NCBI GenBank assembly: GCA_000934665.2
Contig: JYFJ02000839.1
Location: 62,001 to 106,798 of the forward strand
Source of the DNA: Catajapyx aquilonaris
Lineage: Eukaryota
Reading direction: 5' to 3'
Length of the DNA: 44,798 nucleotides
The notes beneath the pieces are model-generated. The model was not told the DNA's origin. It saw nothing but the letters and a program-made list of their open reading frames with translations, and did not search any database. This document shows positions 27,506 through 38,066 of the stretch, one piece after another. A program made the position numbers and the translations under genes. The stretch's first letter is position 1, and each line of letters opens with the position of its first letter.

Positions 27506-27619
27506 AGAGCAGAAAAAGCGGTGCGCTGCGCAGATTTGCATGCATATAAATTGTGACGTCACGTCACAATTAGTATATAGCTAAGCCTAACTTAGCGAAG
27601 AATGCGGCTTTTCTGCTCT
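27506..27619. repeat. Short foldback element
   Basis: Outer inverted repeat AGAGCAGAAAA/TTTTCTGCTCT with a central palindrome AATTGTGACGT-C-ACGTCACAATT (27549-27571). Confidence 0.65.
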
Positions 27620-30600
27620 GAAACAATGTTTCCATTGCAGTATTGTACAGTACATAATACGCGTTGTATGTAGTACTACAATACCATGGGTATTACAGTA
27701 TATACAGTTCTAATTAAGAAACTATAGCATTAAAACTATTCATCCATGCGTACAAAAAGTTGATGGGTCTTTATTTACGCTAGTTTCCTTCAGCATAGCT
27801 CGATTTGCAAGGCTCTGTTTATTTTGAGCTTTCCCTCGAATTAACAGCGCGGTGTAGGTCTACTTTATCCTTTGCACTTTTACAAAACTATTAATACATC
27901 CGGATGACTATTTCTGTACCTTGCAGCTGCGACTAGCAAGGGAGCAGAAATGCATATGCCTAAAATTGCTGCAGCGATTCACAGTACACGCAATGCACAA
28001 GGTCCTCTCAATTTTCAGAAATGACCTCTATAGTTGAACACTATGTCCTAAATCCTAGTGTTCTCATCGTACCTGATGTTAAAGGGGGGAAGGGGACCTA
28101 GCCCACGATGACGCAAATAAAATATTGATCAGAGAGTGCCAACTACAGTAGACCTTGACCTCTAGCACCGACCTAGCGTAAGGCATGTTTTGAAGCAGCA
28201 CACCCCTGGCTGTGGTTGAATTTTAATTACACGTGGGCAACATGACTGCTAGGGTATGGAATCACACAACTGCATAACGGAATGGTGGGGGGAGGGGAGG
28301 AAGGGGAAAGAATGTGGATCAAATTGCAACCTTCCGTGTTTGCTGGACTCTGGGTCAACGGGTCAGTTAATACGACCTTATATGCCGTGTCGAAAACTGG
28401 TCAAAATCATGGGGTGAATTTTTATTTGGAAATTTTAAGCGTGCGTGGTATTAAGTTGCTGGGCTATGCGGCTGGTACCGGTCTTTCAAGAAAATGTTGG
28501 GTCTACATTTTAAAAAAGTGGAAGCCTTCAAAATATTAATATCAAATATTAATTATTTGCTTAAAGAAATAATATTGAAAGTAATGGAAGACAGGCCACA
28601 CTCCCCTTTTGCTGAAAACTCAGATTTTGTTACCCGCTATGTCGAGTGTTAATAATTTACTGAAATTAGAGGCATTTAAAGTGTTAGTATGTCATTTGTT
28701 ACAGTTTTCCCGCACAAAAGCCGCGTTATTAAGTTTTCATATTACGGTGTCCGGTGTTTTATTTGCTCGCCTCGAGATTCGCATGTTGAGTCCAGTTCAG
28801 TGGCTGCTTTGGCCCTTTGACTCATCATTTAAATTGATGCCAATTAACAGATTGCATGTAACATGGAGTAATTGGCCGGACTAATTTACTCTTCGAAGTG
28901 GCAGTAACAGTAAACCTCGAGAGCATGAAACAAAATATATCATTTAAAATTATGAAAATAAATCTGTCGCTCTTTGTGTACCGTACTAAATCATTTACGG
29001 CTCATCGTCAGGTTGTATGAACGCTGATAATAATTGAACTATCCGATTACGATCATTTTTCTTACGTTGTGTTCATTCAACGGAGCCTGAAACTCACAGA
29101 TTGAATATTTTGAAATATTTCAACATTTTCTAAACGACTATCCTAATTGATCATATAATAAGCCAAACTCCTCTGAACTGGATCGCGCGTTGCCAGCAGT
29201 TACCGGTAACTAGCCTGGTCAAAATGCATGGCACAAGTAGTAGGGGGAAGAGTCATCTAACCGTCCTTTCACATGTAGGGCACATGAAACGGCGTTGGCC
29301 GATAGAGAGGTTATGTAGGTGCCGCGTGACTAGTACATTACCCCTATTTTCCTTTTCTGGGACTCGGGACTCTAATCGCGCTTCAAATGACGCAATCAGA
29401 CAACATGGGGCAATATATGCAAAGAGTGTCCCTATTGGGATGGCATTTCCCGGTTATTGAAATCAACCCACCACTGGGAGGTATTGGCAAGTTTTTATTT
29501 TGCACAGGCTAGGAAGGAAACATAGTTATTAGGTGACTCAACAAGTTCACTGTTCAAACTTTGTTGGATAAATTCATCGTAGAGTATAAACGGCTGTATG
29601 ACGTGGCCTACTTACGCGGATGTTTAATATTACACTAAATGGTTATATATTAAGGATCACTAGAACAAGTGAAATCGTCACCATCAGGAAAGACAACCAA
29701 CTACTTTTCCACTCGGTTTAATACAAAATTACGCTTTGAATTTGCTCGAAATACTGCTGGCTCACTTCCCGTTAATTTTGCTTCATGGGATACCGCATGG
29801 CGTAAAAAGTACGGGCACATTCTTGCACACTACCTAACATTGCAAAAAATAGAATTTTTTTCTCTCTGCTCTCTAGCGTGCACTCTTGATGCATAATACC
29901 ACTCGTAATAATTCGCCTTTACGCTGCCAAATTACGGCTGGGAAAGCCACATACGAAAGGTCTACTGAAGCTATAGTTGTTATATAGTTTTGCGATATTT
30001 GGAAGCTCCTACCTTTCACATCGTTTGGTTTTGGTATGACACAATTGATTTTTTCTCTTGTAATATCTTGAATATACTTTTGGCACAGATTAATTTTGTA
30101 GAAACATGCTTTATTGTTGCTCTTAACTACAATAAAAATAACTTCCAGCCAGCTGCTTGGAAACATTCTACCTCGAATAGTAAATTAGTTATTTTAATAT
30201 CACTTTACAGCCCATGACTAGGATGAGTATGGAAGCATATACTATATTAACACTATTGCATTTAGTACTTGAAAAATAATAATGAACAGTTGATTATGCT
30301 GAAATAATGTAGAAAATCCTGGTGTAGGTCACCCTGAAAATAATCTGCAACTAAAAATCAGAAAATATCGGACGTTTGTTGGTATTTAGCTATGGTAAAT
30401 AAATATTCCAAATCGAGTCCTCGGTGAAGGTAAAATTTTTACGGGTGTCCAATTTTTCACGATGAACACTGCGAAAAGAAATTTAGAGAATATAATTATA
30501 TTTTGTCCAAGTTGTTAGGGCTGACAAGTGATAATGAGCTCATTTTAAATAATTTTATTACTTAAGTACGACGAATTTAGATCACACAACCAGGATTTCC

Positions 30601-30731
30601 TCAAGTCCCAGTTTCCTTTATATTTGTGTTATCACCATCAGGCATGAGGCTTGGTTAATGGTTTCTTTTCATTCCTCCTCCTTGTCGCCATCAATCAAAG
30701 CAACTTTTCCCAAGAAACAATCACCGGTCAC

Positions 30732-30791
30732 TTTATTACATTGTCGATGATATTTCTTTCATACACGTCGTACTGTGCAATGGTATTTATT
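30732..30791 (-). terminator. Candidate Pc polyadenylation signals (two AATAAA)
   Basis: First minus-strand AATAAA hexamers I found downstream of the Pc stop, at 30786-30791 and 30732-30737. They imply a 3' UTR of about 1.6-1.7 kb. Confidence 0.5.
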
Positions 30792-32413
30792 CAAAATTTT
30801 ACAAGTGTCAAAATTAGCGTCTTTGTCTTAAACGTTAAATCTGTTGGTAGGTCAATACAATACGAGTTCAATTTGCGAAGGATAAGTCTTGACACAAATA
30901 AAGGAACACTGGGTGGAAACAGCAACACTGATAGGAGGGGTATTCAATTGTTTTTTCTCCCATTTGCCCATTATGAATTAACAGGGCATTTTTAATGAAG
31001 TAGTGCAAACACCAGCAGGAAACATTTTAAACTGTGCAAATTTACTGCACATATAAAAATTATCAAGGAATTTACTTTACCCTATCGTCAAGTCATTTCA
31101 CAATATTTTGCTATTATGACTGACATGCAAATCACTTATTCAGCACAGTTTCGAGAAACTTTCTTTCACAGCTGCCAAAACATGTCTGACGCCGACCTGG
31201 TACAACACCTGGAGATTAATGTACTGTATTTCCCAACTTCCCTAATTCTGATGCACAATGAAGAGTTAAATACAGTAGATTAAGCACTGATCGCGGCACT
31301 TGTCAATGCACATTTGGATGTTACACAAAAATATGCTGTGGCCACTGAGAATGACAGAATCTTCTCAACTGAGCACAAGCTCATACAATGATTTGATCAT
31401 TTTCTATAAATATACTGCACATATTTGCACCACTTCTGAAACCTCCCTTGCCAAGTTACACTGAAGTTACCTAACAGCAGTAATGTCTTAAGCAAAACCT
31501 GTGTGGACACTTTCCCACAGCCAGAAAATAAAATTGCTTCAAAGATTTTTAAAAGCCGTTCAAGGAATATAACATTAATACACAACAAATAAAATAAATG
31601 CCATGATCATGTTCATTTCTTGCAAGTTGTCTGTACTGGTAACAAATCACTGAGTCAATAGTTATTTTCGAAAATCAAGTGTAATAATGTGGTCGTGACA
31701 CGCCATGAACATGAACTGGCTCACTGGCTAGGGTGTCCATGATTATAATTACCAGGATGGGATTTACTGGTCTGAGGATATGACGACTGGAGCATACCTC
31801 TAGGCATAGTCCATAAATTACGTTGACGTGAAAGGATGGGAAGTCCTCTGCTTGACTTTGCATAAATGAGGCAAGAAAGGACACAAATGGTCCATGCACA
31901 GCCTACAGCTTCAATCGCGTAGTAGTTTCTGAAAATGTTGACTTGGGTTCTTAACAGGTCGGGCAGATGAAGGCAGGTAAGTGAGTGACTTTTGATACAT
32001 GTCATTTTGGGGGGAGGTGGTACATAACCTGTATGGTAGTGTACAGTGAAAGGAGGAGGATGACAGGCTACATACCGTCCACATAATTTATGGGCAGCCC
32101 TCATCAAATAGCAACTTCTTGAAACTCAAAATAGGGAAAAAAATATATTTGAAGTTTGCCCATTAATCTGCCAGTCTATCACACTGGAACCTCAGACCAA
32201 ACCTACATCAATGTTCACTGGTGATCATGAAGAGGAAACAGTTTCCAGAAGTATATTACGTGATGAAATATTCTATCACCTTTGTATACCTCGATCATAA
32301 GTTTTCTAATGGTCCTTGATGTTGACTTCTCTCTCCACTTCCGGAGATTCCAGATGCTTAACCACTAAAAAAACCTTGCGCACAGCCATTTTGGGACCCT
32401 GCTGGCAACAAGG

Positions 32414-33220
32414 TCACTTAATGTCATTTTTTTGGGACTCGGTAACATCATTGGATCGATCGCGAAAGAACCCATCCATAGTTTTGCACTCACGTATTGT
32501 AACAGTCATCAGGTTAACCGTCACGTCGGTGATGAAAATTTGGTCAGCCAACGGATTTCTATTATGCCAGTATTCAGGTGGTGGGCTGATAGGCTCTATG
32601 TCAGGTGGTGATGGAGACGAAGACAGTACACCTGAATCGTCTCCAGTACCACCCCGATCAGGATCCTCCATGTCAGACTGAGCCCCATCGCCATTGGTCA
32701 CGCTCGCCTCCACATCTCTGTCCTTTGGAGATGGTGAGGGTGCTGGTGCCGGCGACAAAGGTGGGGCTACCGGGTTTATTGGGGATGCTACTGGAGTGCT
32801 ACTGGGAGATTTCACGCTGCTATTAACAGTAAGCGTTGTGCCCGTTGTGGACGTGTCAGACGCTGTCGGGGTGGCAGGTGACTTGGCAGAACCATCCTTG
32901 CCCGATGCCTCTTCTTTGTAGCTGAACTCTTCAGTAACAGCTTCAGGTGATGGCAGGCGAGACATTTTGGCAGGTGGGCTGCTGGGACTGGAGGATGACG
33001 AGGCAGCCGAGGTGGGTGATGCAGTGGTGATGGTGACTCCAATCTTCCCTGACTCGCGTAAGACTTCTGCTTTGCGCTTAGGGGCTTCCTTCTTGTTGAC
33101 TGGCCTCTCCTCTGACGAGGCATCACACACCTTGGAAGGGCCAGGACGTGCTTCTTCACCTCCAGACCCATCTCCATCTAAGTTCTTGTGGGGTGAAACA
33201 CAGCTGCTGGAGCCATGGTG
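32414..33220 (-). CDS. Pc: Pc terminal coding exon: S/P/T-rich low-complexity linker plus C-terminal Pc box (RING1-binding)
   Basis: Long open frame ending YWHNRNPLADQIFITDVTVNLMTVTIRECKTMDGFF (Pc box, ~32465-32572), stop TGA at 32414-32416. The 5' boundary is inferred from a phase-0 CAACAG| acceptor with a CTAAC branch-like motif upstream; the exact acceptor is uncertain. Confidence 0.88.
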   Translation of the reverse strand, partial: HHGSSSCVSPHKNLDGDGSGGEEARPGPSKVCDASSEERPVNKKEAPKRKAEVLRESGKIGVTITTASPTSAASSSSSPSSPPAKMSRLPSPEAVTEEFSYKEEASGKDGSAKSPATPTASDTSTTGTTLTVNSSVKSPSSTPVASPINPVAPPLSPAPAPSPSPKDRDVEASVTNGDGAQSDMEDPDRGGTGDDSGVLSSSPSPPDIEPISPPPEYWHNRNPLADQIFITDVTVNLMTVTIRECKTMDGFFRDRSNDVTESQKNDIK

Positions 33221-33544
33221 CTGTTGGCAAAGATCATTGAAACTGTTAGAGCAGGTCAAAGGTTATTGCACATGCCCACACCAGGACTCCACTGCTGCTC
33301 AGAATCAATTTGGTCTAACTTCCGACTATCCACTTCACCTTGTATGTATGTAATCACATTGTATATGCCTAATTGGTTCATTTTCCCCTACAGGGCCTGA
33401 TTTCCAATGTTGCAAAATGGGTGGCAATACATGTCGGCCAATAACAAAATTTAACTGACAAAGATGCTTTGTCATATATTTTGCTCCATTGTAATTCCAG
33501 CCTTAAGGGATACATCAAGAAGGAAAGGGGGGTAAAGGCATGAA

Positions 33545-33621
33545 AGGCCCCACCGAGAGTCGAACTCGGACTCCTGGGTTCCCATAAGGAGCCCAGAGTG
33601 CTGCCATTACACTATGGGACC
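33545..33621 (-). tRNA. tRNA-Gln-like gene with an abnormal 13-nt anticodon loop (isotype undetermined), in Pc intron 4
   Basis: Minus strand reads GGTCCCA TA GTGT AATGGCA GCAC T CTGGG CTCCTTATGGGAA CCCAG GAGT CCGAG TTCGACT CTCGG TGGGGCC T. All four stems pair; A box TAGTGTAATGG; B box GTTCGACTC. The body resembles eukaryotic tRNA-Gln. Confidence 0.8.
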
Positions 33622-34269
33622 TCATCAGCCATGGTCAATTTTTTCAGTTGCTTCTGTTTGTCAACTCTGAACCAATAAGGTTGGTAAAAACTGCAATCAA
33701 AACTATGCACTTGCACCATTACACCAGATTGACTCGCACTTGCCAATTCGTTTGTGCCTCAATATTAACTACCGCATAATTCCTTACCTGAAACACCATG
33801 TCAGCTCATTCACACCAACATGTAGAAATTACAATTATTATGCGACTGCTAATATCTCACACAATACAGTCGGAGTAGTTGGCCACGTTAATACCAGTTA
33901 ATTCAATTCAAATAATTAATCCTCCTAGAGCCAGCATGAAACCGGGTGAAACGGGAATCGCAATCAGGTTCATCCACGTGCTTAGCTGCATCTACGTATC
34001 TTCAAACAGGTTCAAAAACTGACGTATCATGACCTAACCCAACCCAATTACCCTCCATCCCACTCCTTGAGTAATGCGATCTCAGCCCTCTTTGAAATCC
34101 TCCACATCAGGACCTTCATGGAAACATGAACCTTCTTTCGCACATCAATTGACTACCCCTAACCCCCTGTTTTCCCACCAACAAGTGAATCGCCCAAAGA
34201 GATAATTTTTTTTACATCATTGTTTATAAATGGAAAATCTAGGCTTTTATATCAGCTAAGGGCCAGTTT

Positions 34270-34475
34270 CTAAATTTGGATTTAATAGTTACTTATTTAT
34301 TTTATCTTAACTTGAAATTGATTTAATCCGGGATTTTTTAAAATTTAATTTGGAATTATTTGTTATTTACTTATTTTATTTTAATTTTGGAATTATTTAA
34401 TAGTGGATTAATTTAATTTGGGGTTATTAATTTTTTTTACCTTATTTTAATTTGGAATTTAATTTAGGATTAAAC
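34270..34475. repeat. AT-rich degenerate minisatellite in Pc intron 4
   Basis: Recurrent TTAATTT(T)GGAATT-like units. Confidence 0.6.
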
Positions 34476-36575
34476 TGCTTATCGACATGATGGCGGTCAA
34501 ATTGTCAAAAACCCGCATAACACTTTCTATTGATTTCCCAGACGTGTCCTCGAGAAAGAATCCATTTACCTTAATTACTACCATCAGACAATGTCTAGTC
34601 CACCCCCGTTTCGCAATCCACGATAATCCACTCTCAAAATAATCCGCCAAAATACGCAAAAATTCTCCACGTGCCTATTGGGGTATATTTCGTCATACAC
34701 ATTGGTGCAAGCCATGTGACGCAAACAGTTCGTGCAACATTCGCGTTTTTCCGCATCCACCCTTCTTTAAAAACCGCAAATTTCTCAGAATCGCCAAACC
34801 CCACTGTTAATTCCAGGTATCCCATCAAAACATAAAATTTCAAGGTTAAGTATCCCTCCCAAAAAAAAAATCGGACAGAAGGGTGAGACCCATATGAGGC
34901 TGTTCTCACGGCCACGTGTAACCAGATCCTTTTTTTGGGGGGGATGGGGGATATCCCGAAACCGGTTTTTAGTTGTCCGTATAAATGCTCCGGATTATAT
35001 GTGTAAAAAAAAAAAATGTACCGGTGTCAAAGACTAGTCGGAAGAGCCAGATGTGTCCGCAATACCACTTGATAGGCATACCCCCCCCCCCCTCCCCCCT
35101 CCCCTATTTTTCGTAGACGGTCGATCTAGATTGGAGTGCAGCCGCGGCTGATCCAGTTTGGCACACAAAAATGCTTCGAACTCGATGCCGCTTGGCCGGG
35201 TGTTGTTTTCAGAAACGGATCGAATTTCAAGGCTTCAGGATACAAAAAACCGATACAACATATTGCGCGGCTACTTTATTTTTTGCCCATTTTTTTTTTC
35301 AAAAAGTCAGATGGCAAAAATGCAGCTTACTACGTCCGCTAACCTGAACTTGCTTTTTTCCCCCCACTGTGATATTACGGATAGAAGCGCGCAATACTGC
35401 TGATTCACTTGAGAATATTAATGGCAGCTCATATGTAATCGATACGTGTGTGCTCGACATTAAAAATTCAGGACGATAACGAAATTACCAGCACGGATAA
35501 TAATAATAACAGCGTTTTCAGACTAACCTGCATATAGACACGAATTTAAATTATGATTAACTTAAATTGTAAATTAAAATATCACTGCCAATATTGCATC
35601 AAAGCCGACAAGAGCGGAAGCGAGCGTCCGCGAGATTCCCACCAATACGGATGAGCGCTGTGTATACAATATTGAAACAATATTCCGCGCGCGCAAAAAA
35701 AAAAACCCCACGTGCCCGCAACAATTCAATAAATAAGTCCATTTAAAATAAATCCCCCCGCAATTTGCCAACATCCCAGCTCACTTCACACCGGATTTAT
35801 GACAGGCTCCCAAACTGTGGGGTTGGGAAGCCGGAGCAGGGAACTTCTGCCGTTCCCCTCCCCCATTGGCTAGGAAATAATACATGGGGCTTTGACCGAT
35901 TCCGGTCCATGGCTGCTCAATCCCTAAATACAGATGGTGCCAACAGTCGTTCCATTGTTGCCACCTTCGGGGATATGCTTATATTATTGTATATGCTGGT
36001 GTGGTAATAATCCCTCCGGTGTTAGTTACTCGGGGGTTAGTTACCCCCGGGTTAGTTACCTAAAGTTGGAAAAGTAGCCATAGAATAATTTTTTTTCACG
36101 TCTACCCCTTGCTATACCCTACCCCCCATTTCCCCCCCGTCGCGCCTGGTTACCGTTGTCATGGCAATGAACTGCTGCACACGTCGTTATGCCGGGTCAC
36201 GTGGTGTCGACCAAACACGCCGATTGGTCCGAACCGAAAGGCGGGCGTGGGCAACCGTTGTAGCTTATGCCATGCCGGCCGTTTTTTTTTTGTTTTTTTT
36301 AGTGATCCTATATTTTTGATTATTTCTCCGGATGTACTCACTTAATTTGATGCTTTTTTAATTCAGGGTGGTTCAGACTGTAGCGTTTCGAAAATGCGTT
36401 TTTTTTTCTGGGTGCGACAACAGGTCGGGAGCGGTGCGATTTTTTTGGGAGGATTTTTTTGTAAACCCCTCGGTGGCCAACTGCCACTTGGGCCACAATT
36501 TCCTGAACACACCGTACCATTTCGGCCATACCGTTATGCCGAAATGTCACAAAATTTAAAAAAAAACATTCCTAC

Positions 36576-36633
36576 CTGCCGGTCTCTTTTGGGCTTGGGT
36601 CCTCGTTTGTGCGGCATGTCCCGATCTTTTTGA
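36576..36633 (-). CDS. Pc: Pc coding exon 4, (S)QKDRDMPHKRGPKPKRDRQ
   Basis: Acceptor TTCTTTTTGCAG| and donor CAG|GTAGGA; 58 nt; frame continuous with exon 3. KRGPKPK is the AT-hook-like motif that follows the chromodomain in CBX proteins. Confidence 0.92.
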
Positions 36634-36690
36634 CTGCAAAAAGAAAACAAACATGAGTACACAGCATGTACAGTACACCTGTAATCTCAC

Positions 36691-36756
36691 CTTTTCTCGA
36701 AAGCGTCGATCAGACGACCGTCCAGAATGTTTTCCTCCGGTTCCCATGTGCTGTAC
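36691..36756 (-). CDS. Pc: Pc coding exon 3, (R)[21 protein letters not shown](S)
   Basis: Acceptor CATACAG| and donor AAG|GTGAGA; 66 nt; phase matches exon 2. Contains the [10 protein letters not shown] chromodomain signature. Confidence 0.96.
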
Positions 36757-36822
36757 CTGTATGTACAGGGGAAAAAAAGACCGTAAGTTGCGTGCCGGTT
36801 GCAACGTGCACAAACAACGTAC

Positions 36823-36866
36823 CTGGGACTCCATCCTTTCCATTTCACCAAATATTCTACCCGACC
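36823..36866 (-). CDS. Pc: Pc coding exon 2, [14 protein letters not shown](R)
   Basis: Acceptor TTTTTACAG| and donor AG|GTACGT; 44 nt. Encodes the chromodomain core YLVKWKGW with aromatic-cage W32/W35. Confidence 0.96.
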
Positions 36867-36939
36867 CTGTAAAAATAAGTATATTTGTAGTGACATATCC
36901 AAATGATGTCATACGCACACACGCACAACTCACACTTGC

Positions 36940-37008
36940 CTTCTTCACACGCTTTTTCTGTATACGTTCTGCTGCGAATACGCGATCCCCGACACTCGAC
37001 AACTCCAT
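36940..37008 (-). CDS. Pc: Polycomb/chromobox (Pc, CBX2/4/6/7/8 family) coding exon 1, MELSSVGDRVFAAERIQKKRVKK
   Basis: ATG at 37008. The 69-nt exon translates to the typical Pc-class chromodomain N-terminus (compare CBX7 MELSAIGEQVFAVESIRKKRVRK). It ends at AAG|GCAAGT; an alternative in-frame GTGAGT donor starts at 36933. Confidence 0.93.
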
Positions 37009-37560
37009 TTGTATCCAACTCGGTGTGTTGTAATGTTTTTAGTCACAAGTACGCGAGGGTATGGGGGAGTACTGGACGTAGTTTCCCCCAGGCCCGCCGA
37101 CTCGCCACTGACCTGCTGCGTAGTGTGTAGCTCCAACCCCAGGATCCATCCTATGACGTCACACGAACAGCGTTAATGCGCGGTGTTGCGACATGTAGTT
37201 GCGATTTGCGATTTTTTAAAAAATGGATTGTTACGTGTTAGATGTGTATGTGTATGTGTGGATTTTGCACTTTTTGAGAGGGGTATTTTTTTTTACGGGG
37301 TGAACCGGGAGCTTGGGGGGTGTTGGTGAAGGGGAAGGGGACACCCGAATGACTGAACGTGGCTGGGCCCGCTCCGGAGGCTTTGTTCGATGAATTTCCT
37401 TGAGAGAGGGTTGAGTCGAGGCTGGAGACACCATTTTGAATCCGTGGGGGCTTGGGATGGGGAAAAAGAGCGCGGGAATATTCAGCGAGATGTCCCGAGT
37501 TCTGAAACATACTGTATCGCTCAAAAAGATGGAGACGATTTTGCATTGAAACCAAATGCA
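37009..37560 (-). promoter_or_regulatory. Pc 5' UTR / CpG-rich promoter region
   Basis: CpG-rich segment directly upstream of the ATG. Perfect CRE TGACGTCA at 37154-37161; Inr-like TCAGTG (A at 37109) and TCAGTC (A at 37354) on the minus strand. The TSS cannot be determined from sequence alone. Confidence 0.5.
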
Positions 37561-37573
37561 ACATCGTCTCTAT

Positions 37574-37792
37574 GGGCCGAATTCTGAGAGGTTGATTAAC
37601 GTAAACGCGCCCGATTAAATTCTTTAGTCAGCCTCGATTAGCAAATTTAATCAACCTGCTAATACAAAGACGGCGATTAGCGCTAAACGCCCCCTAATCG
37701 CACTTGCTAGCACTTTTAAATTTGCTAATCGAGGATGACTAAAGGATTTAATCGGGCGCGTTTACGTTAAGCAACCTCTCTGAATTCGGCCC
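37574..37792. mobile_element. PIF/Harbinger (Tourist-like) MITE
   Basis: 77-bp TIRs (37574-37650 and 37716-37792, 4 mismatches) starting GGGCC, with a 3-bp TSD TAT on both sides. Confidence 0.88.
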
Positions 37793-38017
37793 TATCTTTT
37801 TCAGCGATATATAGATACGGTGGGTGTAATATTGCATTGAGGGGTTAATGCATATGCTAACAATGCAGTTGGCTCCGAGGTTGGCTCCTTTTGATAACGT
37901 GTGTGAAATACATGTACACTACAGTGCTATACTGTATGCTCCCATTGAAAAATGTTAACACTAACTGGTTATTTACACTAGTTGGTAATATTAAATTGAA
38001 TGGCAGATATAGCCTTT

Positions 38018-38065
<48 letters not shown>
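38018..38065. repeat. (ACA)n microsatellite
   Basis: About 16 perfect units. Confidence 0.97.

Positions 38066-38066
<1 letters not shown>

Noticed and set aside
32316..33353. Plus-strand ORFs overlapping Pc exon 5
   Set aside because: Antisense shadows of a GC-rich, low-complexity coding exon.
36751..36757. Tandem acceptor CAG|GTACAG| at Pc exon 3
   Set aside because: The distal site would delete two residues from the conserved chromodomain, and nothing supports its use.
36556..37008. 150-aa ORF as a single-exon chromobox protein
   Set aside because: It reads through introns. The chromodomain is split across frames and is restored only by splicing.
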